DNA of 60,965 bases from Candidatus Bathyarchaeia archaeon (lineage in GTDB: Archaea > Thermoproteota > Bathyarchaeia > Bathyarchaeales > Bathycorpusculaceae): the NCBI GenBank assembly GCA_038882955.1, contig JAVZNC010000007.1:1-60965 (forward strand), written 5' to 3'. A program made the position numbers and the translations under genes. This document shows positions 29,510 through 40,003 of this stretch, piece after piece. Under the pieces are notes generated by a model, which ran no database searches, was not told the origin of the DNA, and was given only the letters and a program-made list of their open reading frames with translations. Position 1 is the stretch's first letter. Each line of letters starts with the position of its first letter.

Positions 29510-30510
29510 CGGAAGAAGTGATTAAGGCTGAAGGTTTGACAAAAGTTTTTAACAAGAGCCTCGTGGCTGTTGACCGCGTTAACTTCAGCGTCAAGAACGG
29601 CGAAATTTTCGGTTTTCTTGGACCAAACGGCGCAGGCAAAACAACAACAATAAACATGCTCATAACGGTTTTGAAGCCAACAGAAGGCAAAGCATCCGTC
29701 TTGGGCTATGACATCGTCAAGCAAGCACGCGAAGTGCGAAGCGTCATAGGTGTTGTGCCTCAAGAGTACACTGCAGACGAGGATTTAACCGGATACGAAA
29801 ACATAATTTTATGCGCGGATTTGTATGGCATTCCACGCGAAGTTTCAAAGAAACGCGCCCTTGAACTTCTGGAGCTTGTTGAACTTACAGCCTTCAAAGA
29901 CAAGAGGGTTGAAACTTACTCTGGTGGAATGCGTCGAAGACTTGAACTTGCGTGCGGGTTGATTAACCGACCTAAAGTGTTCTTCCTAGATGAGCCAACT
30001 TTGGGTTTAGATGTTCAAACTAGGACTGCTACATGGGATTATATTAGGCGTTTGAAGAAGGAGTATGGCATGACGCTTTTCATGACAACGCATTATTTGG
30101 AGGAGGCAGACGCTCTATGCGACCGCATAGCCATAATTGACCATGGCAAAATTGTTGTAACCGGCACGCCTGAAGAGTTGAAGCACAGTTTGGGCGGCGA
30201 CATAATAACCATAAGCATAAAGGAAAATGCGGATGTAAGTGGACTTATCAGCGGCGTTGAGCACGTTAGAGAAGTTAAAAATGAAAACGGTGCATATAGG
30301 ATTAAAGCTGAATCTGGAGAAGTAACAGCTCCTTTAATAATCGAGGCTCTGCGAAAAAAGGGTTACACTGTAACAAGACTTTCGCTAACTGAGCCTACTT
30401 TAAACGAGGTTTATTTGGAATATACTGGTAGAGCATTGCGAGACACGGAAGAATCAAAAGAAGCATTTATAGCGCAGAGAATAACCCTGAGGAGGGCTAG
30501 AGGAGGATGA
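29506..30510 (+). CDS. ABC exporter ATP-binding protein (DrrA-like)
   Basis: GPNGAGKT, YSGGM, LDEPTLGLD, TTHY. Confidence 0.93.
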   Translation: MTEEVIKAEGLTKVFNKSLVAVDRVNFSVKNGEIFGFLGPNGAGKTTTINMLITVLKPTEGKASVLGYDIVKQAREVRSVIGVVPQEYTADEDLTGYENIILCADLYGIPREVSKKRALELLELVELTAFKDKRVETYSGGMRRRLELACGLINRPKVFFLDEPTLGLDVQTRTATWDYIRRLKKEYGMTLFMTTHYLEEADALCDRIAIIDHGKIVVTGTPEELKHSLGGDIITISIKENADVSGLISGVEHVREVKNENGAYRIKAESGEVTAPLIIEALRKKGYTVTRLSLTEPTLNEVYLEYTGRALRDTEESKEAFIAQRITLRRARGG

Positions 30511-31466
30511 GCAGGACAAACGAGTTCCATCCAAGCCTAACTCGAGGTTTGTGGGCTTTAACAGTCAGGGAACTTAAAAAGTGGCTTAAAGACCCGGTTA
30601 TGCTCTTAATGTTTGTGCTTCAACCAGTAATATGGATGGGTCTTTTAGGCAAATCAATGAACATAAACGCGATGTTCTCGGCAAACAACTTGGGCAACCT
30701 ACCAATACCTGAAGTAATACAGATACCTGGGAATTATGTTATTCCCCAGACCAATGGGAGCGTATATGTTAGCGGTGCATGGATTTCGCAGGCACTTCAG
30801 CAAATGTTTTCCGGCATTGGCAACAGCGTTATGCAGAACACGTTTGGCGTTTCTGATTATTTTAGCTATATGGCTGTCGGCATGATTTCCATGATTGTCA
30901 TGACAACGACTATGTTCAGTGGCATGTCAATAGTTTGGGATAGACGTTTAGGATTCTTGGATAAAGTGTTAAGCACTCCAGTATCGCGTGGAGCAATAAT
31001 ATTCGCGAAGGTTCTTAACGCAACCTTGAGGGCGATGTTTCAAGCAACAGTAATCCTAGCGCTAGCATACCTATTTGGGTTACAGTTAAGCTCAACCTTC
31101 ACTTTGCTCAACGTACTCGGAATTTATGCTGCAATATTCCTGCTCGGCGTTGGACTTTCATCGGTGTTTCTCGCATTTTCTTTAAGGTCTACTAGAATGG
31201 AGAGACCTATGCAAATCGTAAGCCTAATCACAATACCGCTGATGTTTGCAAGCAACACCTTCTTTCCAATATCTTTGATGCCAGACTGGATACAAGCCAT
31301 AGCACGTGTGAACCCGCTATCATATCTTACAGACGCCGTTAGGCAGCTTACCATACTATCATTGGACACTTCAGCCTTAATTACAGACTTCACTTACCTA
31401 ACAATATTCGCTGTAGTTCTAGCCACAATAGGCATAGTGCTTTCGTGGCGATACCTAACAAAATAA
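30507..31466 (+). CDS. ABC-2 type permease (DrrB-like)
   Basis: Six TM helices, DRRLGFLDKVLSTP, NPLSYLTDAVR. Confidence 0.9.
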   Translation: MSRTNEFHPSLTRGLWALTVRELKKWLKDPVMLLMFVLQPVIWMGLLGKSMNINAMFSANNLGNLPIPEVIQIPGNYVIPQTNGSVYVSGAWISQALQQMFSGIGNSVMQNTFGVSDYFSYMAVGMISMIVMTTTMFSGMSIVWDRRLGFLDKVLSTPVSRGAIIFAKVLNATLRAMFQATVILALAYLFGLQLSSTFTLLNVLGIYAAIFLLGVGLSSVFLAFSLRSTRMERPMQIVSLITIPLMFASNTFFPISLMPDWIQAIARVNPLSYLTDAVRQLTILSLDTSALITDFTYLTIFAVVLATIGIVLSWRYLTK

Positions 31467-31486
31467 ATATGAATTAGGGAACCCAA

Positions 31487-32170
31487 ATGGCGGCAATTGT
31501 TCAAACAATAAACCTAAAAAAGACCTATTTGCTTGGCAAGGTTCCAGTTGAAGCCCTCCGCGGCGTAAACCTAAAAGTAGAGAAAGGCGAACTCCTCGCT
31601 GTCTTGGGACCTTCTGGAAGTGGAAAGTCTACGCTCTTGAACCTTCTTGGCGCATTGGACAAGCCGACTGACGGCACAGTGCTAATTGACGGCGTTGACA
31701 TTTCAAAGCTTAATGAAAATCAACTTGCTGATTTGAGGCGTAGGATAGGCTTCGTCTTCCAATTTTTCAACTTGATTCCGCGGTTGACGGCACGGCAGAA
31801 TGTCGAGTTGCCAATGGCGATTGCTGGTTTAAGCAAAGAAGAACGAAGAAAGCGCGCAGAAGAACTCCTCGAAACAGTTGGACTAAAAGAGCGAATGGAC
31901 CACAAGCCCACAGAGCTCAGCGGAGGCGAGCAGCAGCGCGTGGCAATTGCAAGGGCTTTAGCCAACAACCCAAGCTTTCTTTTGATGGATGAGCCGACTG
32001 GCAACATAGACTCCAAAAACGCCACGGAAATAATCCAGCTTATTAAGGAGGTAAACGCAAGCAAAGGCGTAACAGTTATTATGGTTACTCATGACCAGCG
32101 TTTGGCAAATGAAGCCAAGCGAACCGTGAAGATGCTTGACGGCTTAATCGTTGGGGACGTGGTGAACTAA
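31487..32170 (+). CDS. ABC ATP-binding protein (LolD/MacB-like)
   Basis: GPSGSGKS, GFVFQFFNL, LSGGEQQRVAIARAL, DEPTGN. Confidence 0.93.
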   Translation: MAAIVQTINLKKTYLLGKVPVEALRGVNLKVEKGELLAVLGPSGSGKSTLLNLLGALDKPTDGTVLIDGVDISKLNENQLADLRRRIGFVFQFFNLIPRLTARQNVELPMAIAGLSKEERRKRAEELLETVGLKERMDHKPTELSGGEQQRVAIARALANNPSFLLMDEPTGNIDSKNATEIIQLIKEVNASKGVTVIMVTHDQRLANEAKRTVKMLDGLIVGDVVN

Positions 32171-32172
32171 AG

Positions 32173-33435
32173 ATGAACGTTGCTGATGTCTTATCTTACG
32201 CTTTCGGCGCCATAAAACTTCGTAAACTCCGCGCCGCGCTAACAACACTTGGAGTAATAATTGGCATAGCGGCCATAGTGGCGCTCTTATCATTCAGCCA
32301 AGGCTTCCAAAACACTATAACAGCGCAACTGCAAAAGGGCTTCGCAACAAACACGCTAATAGTTTCGCCTAGTGGCGGATTGGGCGGCGGAGCGCAAACG
32401 CCCTTACTAGTTTCTGATGTGGACAAGATTGACTCAATAGAAAACGTGAGCACAGCCGTGGCAATAATGCAGAAAACATGCTTCATAAATGTAAGCGACA
32501 GAATCGTAACGCTGACCGTGGTAGGCGTAGACTTCGAAAAATACGAGAGCATCTACGAAAGCACTTTTGTCCCAGCAAACGGCACTATCCCCACAAACCC
32601 GCAAAACGACTCCATAGTCATTGGCGCAAGAATACACGACCCATGGCAAAACGGCGCAGTTCTCGCTGATGTTGGCGACGCCCTCAACATCACATGGACA
32701 AAAAGAAGCGACGGATCTTTCCAAAACAAAACCTACACTGGACACGTAATTGCTGTATTAAAGGAGATAGGAGGTTTCAGCGTCGGCGGACCATCGGACT
32801 TTGGTGTATACATTCCAATTGCGCAGGCTCAAGAGTTCTTCGAAACAAACGAATGCAACGCGATTGTCGTACTATTAGATAATACTGATAAGGCTACAAT
32901 TGAAAGCGTTTCCAACGCGATAAAAGAGGCTTTTAGCAACCAAGTTTCAGTTACTTCCGCAACAGCCGTGCTTGACATAATTTCAACAGTGTTCTCAAGC
33001 GTTGAGTTCTTTTTGGCTGGCATTGCTGGCATTTCGCTTCTGGTTGCTGGAGTTGGCATAATGAACATTATGATTGTCTCTTTGATGGAGAGAACCCGCG
33101 AAATAGGCATACTAAAGGCTTTAGGCATGAAAAATCGTACGGTGCTAACGATTTTCTTAAGCGAAGCAATAATAATAGGCTTGTTAGGTGCTGTCATAGG
33201 CATATTCTCCGGTTGGGGACTAGCAAACATCGTCGCGAGATTAGGAATCTTCGGTGGAAGGCTTCAAGGAGCAAACCAAATTGCAACAGCGCAAATTTCA
33301 ATCATGCCGGTCTTAACGCCAACAGTCCTGATTGGTGCACTCGCCTTCGGAGTAATCGTAAGCGTCGTTTTTGGTTTGTACCCTGCTTGGCGCGCCTCAA
33401 AACTCAAGCCAGTTGACGCATTAAGATATGAATAA
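32173..33435 (+). CDS. MacB/FtsX-family ABC permease
   Basis: RAALTTLGVIIG, ERTREIGILKALG, PAWRASKLKPVDALRYE. Confidence 0.92.
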   Translation: MNVADVLSYAFGAIKLRKLRAALTTLGVIIGIAAIVALLSFSQGFQNTITAQLQKGFATNTLIVSPSGGLGGGAQTPLLVSDVDKIDSIENVSTAVAIMQKTCFINVSDRIVTLTVVGVDFEKYESIYESTFVPANGTIPTNPQNDSIVIGARIHDPWQNGAVLADVGDALNITWTKRSDGSFQNKTYTGHVIAVLKEIGGFSVGGPSDFGVYIPIAQAQEFFETNECNAIVVLLDNTDKATIESVSNAIKEAFSNQVSVTSATAVLDIISTVFSSVEFFLAGIAGISLLVAGVGIMNIMIVSLMERTREIGILKALGMKNRTVLTIFLSEAIIIGLLGAVIGIFSGWGLANIVARLGIFGGRLQGANQIATAQISIMPVLTPTVLIGALAFGVIVSVVFGLYPAWRASKLKPVDALRYE

Positions 33436-33484
33436 CAAATTATATAGCGTTGCAGCAGAATTTTAGCAGAGAGGCAACGCAAAT

Positions 33485-34900
33485 TTGATGAATAATCTGA
33501 AGAGAAGCATCGGCTTTCCAATGGGAGACGCAACCCGCCTAAAAAAGAGACCAATAGCCACTTTGGTTATAATAGCGCTTAACATTGCAGTGTACGCCAT
33601 AACATCCTACATGAACTACTTTCTTGAAACAAGCGAATACTGGGTAAGCGCTGGCGGCTTCGTCCCGTCCTTAATCGTTAACCAATCCCAGCTGTACAGA
33701 ATTTTTTCGTCAATGTTTCTTCACGCAGATTTTTTCCACATACTCTTCAACATGCTCTTTCTATACGTATTCGGAAGAGCAGTAGAAAACGCGCTTGGCA
33801 AGTTAAGATATTTGACGCTATATTTTGTTTCCGGAGTTGCGGCAGCCGTATTCCACACAGCCTTCAGCTTTCTAGGGGGATTCACAGCCTATGTGATTTC
33901 AGCCATAGGCGCTTCAGGAGCCATAAGCGGAATATTAGGCGCGTACCTAATGCTTTTTCCCGGCACATCGCTTGTCATGGGCTGGTTTTTCTTCATGTTC
34001 CCAGTGTTCTTTAGAATGAAGGCAGCTTACTACCTAATCTTCTGGTTTGCAATCCAACTGATTTATGGTTATGCTAGACTGGAGGGAAGCACAGCCGTGT
34101 TCGCTCATGCTGGTGGATTCATTGTGGGCATCGCCATGCTCGCGGTAGTCGCCAACAAAGAGCGGATGAGCCAAATTAGAATTGCGCAGCAAGTCACGCC
34201 ATATACGCATTTGACTTTTATGCCGCCAAAACATAGGGGATTAAGCCGCATTTCAAAGTTAATAATCACGGCTCTCTTGGCACTATTACTTGTTGGAACA
34301 GCTTACGCTTCAACCGGAATGACTAATCAGGGCAACATAAAAGCGGCAACAATCCAATACACTTGCGATGGAACACCATACATGGATTATCTTGGCGTTC
34401 AATTGCCAGACATCGCATCTCAACTCAACAGCATATCACTAGACACAACAAGAATACTTGTAAGCAGATTATACTTTGTCAAATTGCTTTTTGATGTCTC
34501 TAAAGTTAATGAAGAAGAAAGCATCAGTGATTGGAGCATAATATTGCGAATGAACGTTTACGGAGAGAGCGTTGACGTAAATCTAACAATACGCGATTTC
34601 AGAGGACTCTATGATGATGAAGGTTTTTTAAGCTATTGCGAGGGGAAGCTGACAACACAAGTTGTGCACATTTATCAGTACGGCTATGGATATAGTGTAG
34701 AGGCTGACGGTTTCATAAGCTACACTTTTAGAATCAATTCACAAACAGTAAACCTCACGAATGTCACGCAATTCACGGCGCTACCATCACTGTTCGCAAC
34801 CGTTGCGGCGCTCGCTGTAGTCGTCAAAAAGGATAAAGATCTGGTGCTTATTGCGGAAGAGCGCGAAACTTTTTGGCAACGTTTTGAGCCAACCATATAA
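33485..34900 (+). CDS. Rhomboid-family intramembrane serine protease with C-terminal extension
   Basis: MFLHADFFHILFNM, GASGAISG (catalytic Ser), AHAGG (catalytic His). Start uncertain. Confidence 0.9.
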   Translation: MMNNLKRSIGFPMGDATRLKKRPIATLVIIALNIAVYAITSYMNYFLETSEYWVSAGGFVPSLIVNQSQLYRIFSSMFLHADFFHILFNMLFLYVFGRAVENALGKLRYLTLYFVSGVAAAVFHTAFSFLGGFTAYVISAIGASGAISGILGAYLMLFPGTSLVMGWFFFMFPVFFRMKAAYYLIFWFAIQLIYGYARLEGSTAVFAHAGGFIVGIAMLAVVANKERMSQIRIAQQVTPYTHLTFMPPKHRGLSRISKLIITALLALLLVGTAYASTGMTNQGNIKAATIQYTCDGTPYMDYLGVQLPDIASQLNSISLDTTRILVSRLYFVKLLFDVSKVNEEESISDWSIILRMNVYGESVDVNLTIRDFRGLYDDEGFLSYCEGKLTTQVVHIYQYGYGYSVEADGFISYTFRINSQTVNLTNVTQFTALPSLFATVAALAVVVKKDKDLVLIAEERETFWQRFEPTI

Positions 34901-34940
34901 GTGAGTTAATCACAAATTTTGGGTGAAATGAGCAGGTCAG

Positions 34941-35402
34941 TTGGTGCTTAGTTTGGTTAAGAGGCTTTACCCAAAACAGCCAGTTGTAGGCGTCGGCGCA
35001 GTAATAATCCAAAACAGAAAAATTCTGCTTGAAAAGCGAAAAAGCGAGCCTGGACGCGGCAAATGGAGCATCCCAGGCGGTTTGGTTGAACTCGGCGAAA
35101 GCGTCAGCCAAACTGTTGTGAGGGAAGTAGCCGAAGAAACAGGTTTAGAAGTCTGCGAGCCAGAACTCATAGACATTGTTGACAACGTTGTTCGCGACGC
35201 GAATGGTGAGGTAAAATACCACTTTGTCATAATAGATTTTTTCGTCAAACTTAAAGGCGGAGAACTAAAAGCCCAAAGCGACGCAGAAGAACTGTGTTGG
35301 GTTCAGCTTAGCGAAGTAGAAAAATACGATTTAACAAAAACTTTTAGAGCATTCCTTCATCGAAACTATCAAAAGTTGTTTGAAATTTCCTCGAGATCCT
35401 GA
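34941..35402 (+). CDS. NUDIX hydrolase
   Basis: Nudix box GGLVELGESVSQTVVREVAEETG. Confidence 0.92.
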   Translation: MVLSLVKRLYPKQPVVGVGAVIIQNRKILLEKRKSEPGRGKWSIPGGLVELGESVSQTVVREVAEETGLEVCEPELIDIVDNVVRDANGEVKYHFVIIDFFVKLKGGELKAQSDAEELCWVQLSEVEKYDLTKTFRAFLHRNYQKLFEISSRS

Positions 35403-35404
35403 AC

Positions 35405-35872
35405 TTATTGAGACTTTTGCCAATATCCACTGGTTGCAGTAAAAATTGCCAACGAAAGAAGAAGAAAAACACCAACAAGCCAGCTTATGAACGATATACC
35501 AGATACATTCCAGTGATTGCACAAAATCCATCCGGACAACGATCCAATTACAAGACTAAAAATACCTGCCAAAAACGAAGCAAGATATGCCCACCCTTCC
35601 CTGTCTGTTACATAAAGCCAAACATCATAAACTTCACTGAACCAAAAGTCTGGCTCATCCATCTCTTCTATTCCAGGATTGGCGGCTGTTTGAATTTCAG
35701 CTCCGATCAACAATGCAAGAAACATGCCTAAGAAACATAGGATAAATGTTGATGGATAAATTAAGATAGCTGTTCCTAAAAAGAAGCAAACTATTAAGGT
35801 TACAATCACAGAACTTGATAAAAGTAAAACTCTTAGGCTCATCATTTCTAGAACTAACTTGAAAAACTGCAA
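35405..35872 (-). CDS. Hypothetical 4-TM membrane protein
   Basis: Four hydrophobic segments and it fills the intergenic gap. Start uncertain. Confidence 0.6.
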   Translation of the reverse strand: MQFFKLVLEMMSLRVLLLSSSVIVTLIVCFFLGTAILIYPSTFILCFLGMFLALLIGAEIQTAANPGIEEMDEPDFWFSEVYDVWLYVTDREGWAYLASFLAGIFSLVIGSLSGWILCNHWNVSGISFISWLVGVFLLLSLAIFTATSGYWQKSQ

Positions 35873-35896
35873 AAATAAAAAGTTTTTGCTTAGCTA

Positions 35897-37360
35897 TTAG
35901 AGGCAACTGTTAAAAAATAGGCGCGTTTCGCCCATTGTTTTTACGTCTAGCGCTCTAACCTTCACGACCATTGGGAAATCTCTGACAACCTTCCCAAGCA
36001 CTAGACAATGATGTGGTGGCAAGTCGCGGGCTATGGATTTCACTGTTTCCGCGTCTACGCGGGCTGCACGTGAAACCACTTCTAGGTCATGTTCATTTGT
36101 GAAGTTGAATAGAAATATGTTGTCCGCCTGGCGGTAAATGTTTTCGCGTATGGTGTCAGGCTGGTTCGTGATGAAAGTGGTGAATATGCCGAAATGGCGC
36201 ATTCGCGTTACGATGTCGTCCCAGTAGGTTTCGCGCAAGTACAAGTGCGCCTCTTCAGCGAACAGGAAGACAGCCTTAAGCTTCCAGCTTGTTAACAGTT
36301 CGACGAGTTTTCCTAGGAGGTACTCGACAACTATTTGTCTATCAATAGGCGAAGTGTTCCGCAGGTTTATTATTATGGCGCCGCCCTGCTCCTTAGCCTT
36401 AAATAGACATTCTTCTAGAAGTGTTGCTTCTGCCACGTTGTCCGTGAAGAAGCCAGAGTTTACAAGTGCATAATACCGCGAAAAGAGTGCATCGCGAACG
36501 TGTTGATTGCAGTGCCAATTGCGTATAGCTTCGCCCAAATCATGAAGTGTCAGCATGTTCCGCTCTTTGAGCGACTGCCAAATTCGCCTAAACTCGCGGG
36601 CTGACGTGCCTGGCAAATGCAGCGCGTGTATTAGAATTTCCAGTAAAACGTGTAGGTTTAGCTGTTTTAGGGCTACTTTGAAGTTTTGGGCTGGAGTCAA
36701 AACGTGGATTTTATCGTAAAGCGCGTTTTTCTTTCCGTCGGTGGTCATTCCTAGGCTTAGGTATTCGCCGTTCAAATCGAAAACGACTACTGTCGCCTTA
36801 TAGCCCACAAGACTAGAGATTAGAAGTTTTGAAAGGTGCGATTTCCCAGTTTCCTTCTTTCCAGTGATAATGTTTAATCTTCCGTCAAGAGATGAAGCGT
36901 CTATTGTTAAAAGTGAGGCGTCCTTTGTGCCGCCCAAAACTATGGGGAGTTCACCGTTTATTTTTGCCAGCTTAAGCAGTGTTGGCACTGAAAGCTTCTT
37001 TATCGTTGACTGCGAGCGAGATGGAAGCCAAGCGCTTGTTGGGCTTAGGTTTTCGCCGTTCTCTATCGTGGCGCGTATCTTACATACTAATAAACTCGCG
37101 TCTTGAATGTAGGTGATGTGGGGCGCAATTTCAAGCGGGTCAAAGTTCTCGCCTTGCATTATTTCGCCTCCGTCTGGAAGGCTTCTAAGCAGTTCTTCTA
37201 AAACGCCTGGTATACTCGCGAATTGCACGTCTATTACTTGGGCGATTAAGGCTTTTCCCGCGTCCGCATCCTCTACTAGGAGGTAGTCGCCCTTCTCAGC
37301 TGTTTCGTTTGGAAAGCTCAAAATCTGGACAATGTTTCCTTCTTTTTTGTAAAGTTTCAT
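35897..37360 (-). CDS. HerA/FtsK-family ATPase (DUF87, HAS-barrel-like N-terminus)
   Basis: Walker A GKKETGKS, VVFDLNGEY, Walker B FAEEAH, RMRHFG, ITNQP. Confidence 0.88.
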   Translation of the reverse strand: MKLYKKEGNIVQILSFPNETAEKGDYLLVEDADAGKALIAQVIDVQFASIPGVLEELLRSLPDGGEIMQGENFDPLEIAPHITYIQDASLLVCKIRATIENGENLSPTSAWLPSRSQSTIKKLSVPTLLKLAKINGELPIVLGGTKDASLLTIDASSLDGRLNIITGKKETGKSHLSKLLISSLVGYKATVVVFDLNGEYLSLGMTTDGKKNALYDKIHVLTPAQNFKVALKQLNLHVLLEILIHALHLPGTSAREFRRIWQSLKERNMLTLHDLGEAIRNWHCNQHVRDALFSRYYALVNSGFFTDNVAEATLLEECLFKAKEQGGAIIINLRNTSPIDRQIVVEYLLGKLVELLTSWKLKAVFLFAEEAHLYLRETYWDDIVTRMRHFGIFTTFITNQPDTIRENIYRQADNIFLFNFTNEHDLEVVSRAARVDAETVKSIARDLPPHHCLVLGKVVRDFPMVVKVRALDVKTMGETRLFFNSCL

Positions 37361-38448
37361 GCGCCCGCCTCTCCTTTCCCGAATGGTCCGAAAAGCAGCT
37401 TGTGCATGTCGGGTCTGTTGATTATCTTTAGCCCGTAGCGCCGCGTTATAAAGTGTTGCATGGCTATTACCTCGTTTGCCGTAAACGTGCAGAGTATGTG
37501 CGCTAAACGCAATGTTTCCGGATAGCCTTGCACTAGCAAGTCGTTTCCAACAAGCCTTTCAACGGCTTCCACTTTTTCTTGGCTTGGCAGTTCACGGTCG
37601 ATGTCCAGTCTGAAGGCGCAGTTTCCATTTGAAAGTCTAGCCACATAGATGTCGCCCAAGGAGATCAGCGGCGGTTTTGCCCTTAACCCTGAAAGTTCAA
37701 GTAGGAATGGCGGAGTGACGTTTGGCAGAACATCCGTGATTAGGTTTCCGTTAAGCCTCATCGTGGTCATCTTTGAAAATGCCAACACGGCGTTTCCGGT
37801 TTTTCTTGCGCTTTCTAGTATTTCTCTCATGACACTTGCGGGGGTGTCTGGCGTTCCAGCCGTTAGTGAACCGTCGAGTAGGATTAGGCTGTTTGTCATT
37901 GTTTTTGCTGTGGCGAGTTGTAGCCATCTTTCGAGCAACGCCGCCAAGCGTGTTGGCATCTGCACCATGTTTGGCGCGTACTGGTGATTTTGTATGCGTT
38001 GTTGTCCGAGGTATGCACTTTGCAGCGCGTCGTAAACTTCTGTTTTGTTTTCTTCTGTTATGTGGAATATGAATGGTCCTAGGCGAATGTACCTATAGCG
38101 CTTGTTTTGTTTCCAGATTGTTGCTCCTCTTATGGCGATTAGGATGCCTGTTTTTGTCTCGCCGATTTTTATGCTTGAAGTGTCTATTGCTGCAACGAGC
38201 GTTTCTTGAGTTTTTGGTTTTATCTGCATGATTGTTGGTTTTAGGTTTAGGTTTGGCACTTGCAGTTGCGTGTCTATTTTGCCGTCTTGCGGTGTTGCCT
38301 GCGGGTTTAGTTGAATTTGCTTGCTTTGGATATGCTTAAGCGAGTGTATGCTTAGTTCTAGTAGTCTTTGCGGTAGCGTCGTTTCGGTGGGTTTTTGTGG
38401 AAAATTATATTTTGGTGTTGTTGTTATAGTGTATTGTTCAATCACCAA
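37357..38448 (-). CDS. NurA-domain nuclease
   Basis: AAIDTS, LLDGSL, FSK, GYPETLRLAH. ATGA-coupled to the HerA-like gene. Confidence 0.85.
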   Translation of the reverse strand: MVIEQYTITTTPKYNFPQKPTETTLPQRLLELSIHSLKHIQSKQIQLNPQATPQDGKIDTQLQVPNLNLKPTIMQIKPKTQETLVAAIDTSSIKIGETKTGILIAIRGATIWKQNKRYRYIRLGPFIFHITEENKTEVYDALQSAYLGQQRIQNHQYAPNMVQMPTRLAALLERWLQLATAKTMTNSLILLDGSLTAGTPDTPASVMREILESARKTGNAVLAFSKMTTMRLNGNLITDVLPNVTPPFLLELSGLRAKPPLISLGDIYVARLSNGNCAFRLDIDRELPSQEKVEAVERLVGNDLLVQGYPETLRLAHILCTFTANEVIAMQHFITRRYGLKIINRPDMHKLLFGPFGKGEAGA

Positions 38449-38538
38449 GATTCACCAATAGCCAATTGTTCGCGGAAGGCTTATTTAAATGTTGCGCATG
38501 AACAAGATGCACAATTCAATATTCAACAAGGTGAAAAA

Positions 38539-38937
38539 TTGACAGAAACAAGCGCAAAACCGCCAATAAGAGTAAAAATGCGAATAGGCGAAATAGAATT
38601 CGAAATAGAATGCCAAGAAGACCAACTGCAGGCGGCGGTGGACCGCATACTATCGACGGTAACCCAAAAACTAAAAGAAACACCGCAAATAACGGAACGT
38701 GCAGCGGCGCCGCCACGTGCAGAAACGTGCAAAAGCCTAATACAAAAACTATGGGAAGAAGGCTGGTTCGCCGCGCCCAAAAGCCTAAGCGAAGTCCACA
38801 ACGAGATGGCAAAACGCGGATTCCACTACGACCGCACAGCAGTAGCTCACGCACTTATAGATTTGGTTAAGGATGGCATATTGACACGGGAAGGAAAACC
38901 GAGAAGGTATCAGTATGCCCAGAAAAGACCGCCATAA
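38539..38937 (+). CDS. Hypothetical protein with C-terminal winged helix
   Basis: WFxxPKSLSEV...LIDLVKDGILTREG...YQY. TTG start after a GGTGA RBS. Confidence 0.7.
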   Translation: MTETSAKPPIRVKMRIGEIEFEIECQEDQLQAAVDRILSTVTQKLKETPQITERAAAPPRAETCKSLIQKLWEEGWFAAPKSLSEVHNEMAKRGFHYDRTAVAHALIDLVKDGILTREGKPRRYQYAQKRPP

Positions 38938-39752
38938 ATCATGTATAAAAGCTGTGACTTTTGACCTATGGGAAACTTTACTCTTTGAAAGAGACGGCTA
39001 CAGCGCAAGAAGGTCATCTATTCGTTGCAGAAATCTTGCAAATGCTTTGGGAAAACTTGGAGCGGAAGTTTCTGTTGAAAAAGTGGATTCTGCTTTAAAG
39101 AAAACAATTTCTTCGCTCTTAAAAATTTGGGACACTAACAGAGATGTTGCTCATTCGGAACAGATTCAGCTCCTTATGAAAAATTTGTTTGAAAATTCTG
39201 TCTCTGTAAAAGATGTGGCTTGGCTTGATTCATTAAGTTCGGCTTACGTTTCAGCTCTTTTTGAAGTTCCTCCTTACTTGAACCCAGGCACATGAAATTT
39301 TGCAGTGGCTAAAAAGCCAAAACAAACACGTTGGAGTTATATGTAATACTGGGTTGACACCTGGGTTCGGATTAAGGCGCTTTCTTGAAAAAGAAGGTGT
39401 TGCAAAGTATTTTGATGTTATGATTTTTTCTGAGGAGGTTGGCGTCCGCAAGCCTGACCCAAGAATATTTCATTTAGTCTCTGAGAAGTTGAAAGTGAAG
39501 CCATGCGAAGTGGTTCATCTGGGCGACAATTTGAGTAGCGATGTTTGGGGTGCAAAAAACGCGGGGTTCAAGGCTATACATTTTCTATGTGAGGTCGGGC
39601 GAGATAGAATGGCGGAGTCTGACCCTACATCGCTTGTTTCGCTTTCGAGAAAGCTTGACAGTTTAAAAGAAGAAGACATTGTTCCCAATGCAACTATTAG
39701 TTCACTTACAATGCTTAAAAAAGTTATCGCGAAATTGGATAATACAGTTTGA
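38915..39752 (+). pseudogene. HAD-superfamily hydrolase split by a frameshift at about 39290
   Basis: Motif I FDLWETL is in 38915..39295. Motifs II-IV (ICNT, KPDP, HLGDN..SD) are in 39300..39752. Confidence 0.8.
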
Positions 39753-39771
39753 TAAAGCGTGGTGTACATGT

Positions 39772-39960
39772 ATGAGTTTGAGGTCTTACATTCGCTTCCG
39801 TAAAGTGCCTGTAATGATGCTTTCTCTTTTCCTCATATTCTTTGCAGTTTTATTAGCGGTTTTTAGAACCAACAATTGGATATTAATTATAGCTTTTGTC
39901 ATGTTTTTGTTAGGTGTCGCCGCATCATGGTATGGCATTAAGTTTTTCATGGATAACTGA
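39772..39960 (+). CDS. Small 2-TM membrane protein
   Basis: Two hydrophobic helices, ATG after GGTG. Confidence 0.55.
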   Translation: MSLRSYIRFRKVPVMMLSLFLIFFAVLLAVFRTNNWILIIAFVMFLLGVAASWYGIKFFMDN

Positions 39961-40003
39961 TCAATTAAATTATGCGAAAAAATCTGTAGGAGGGCTATCT
40001 GTA

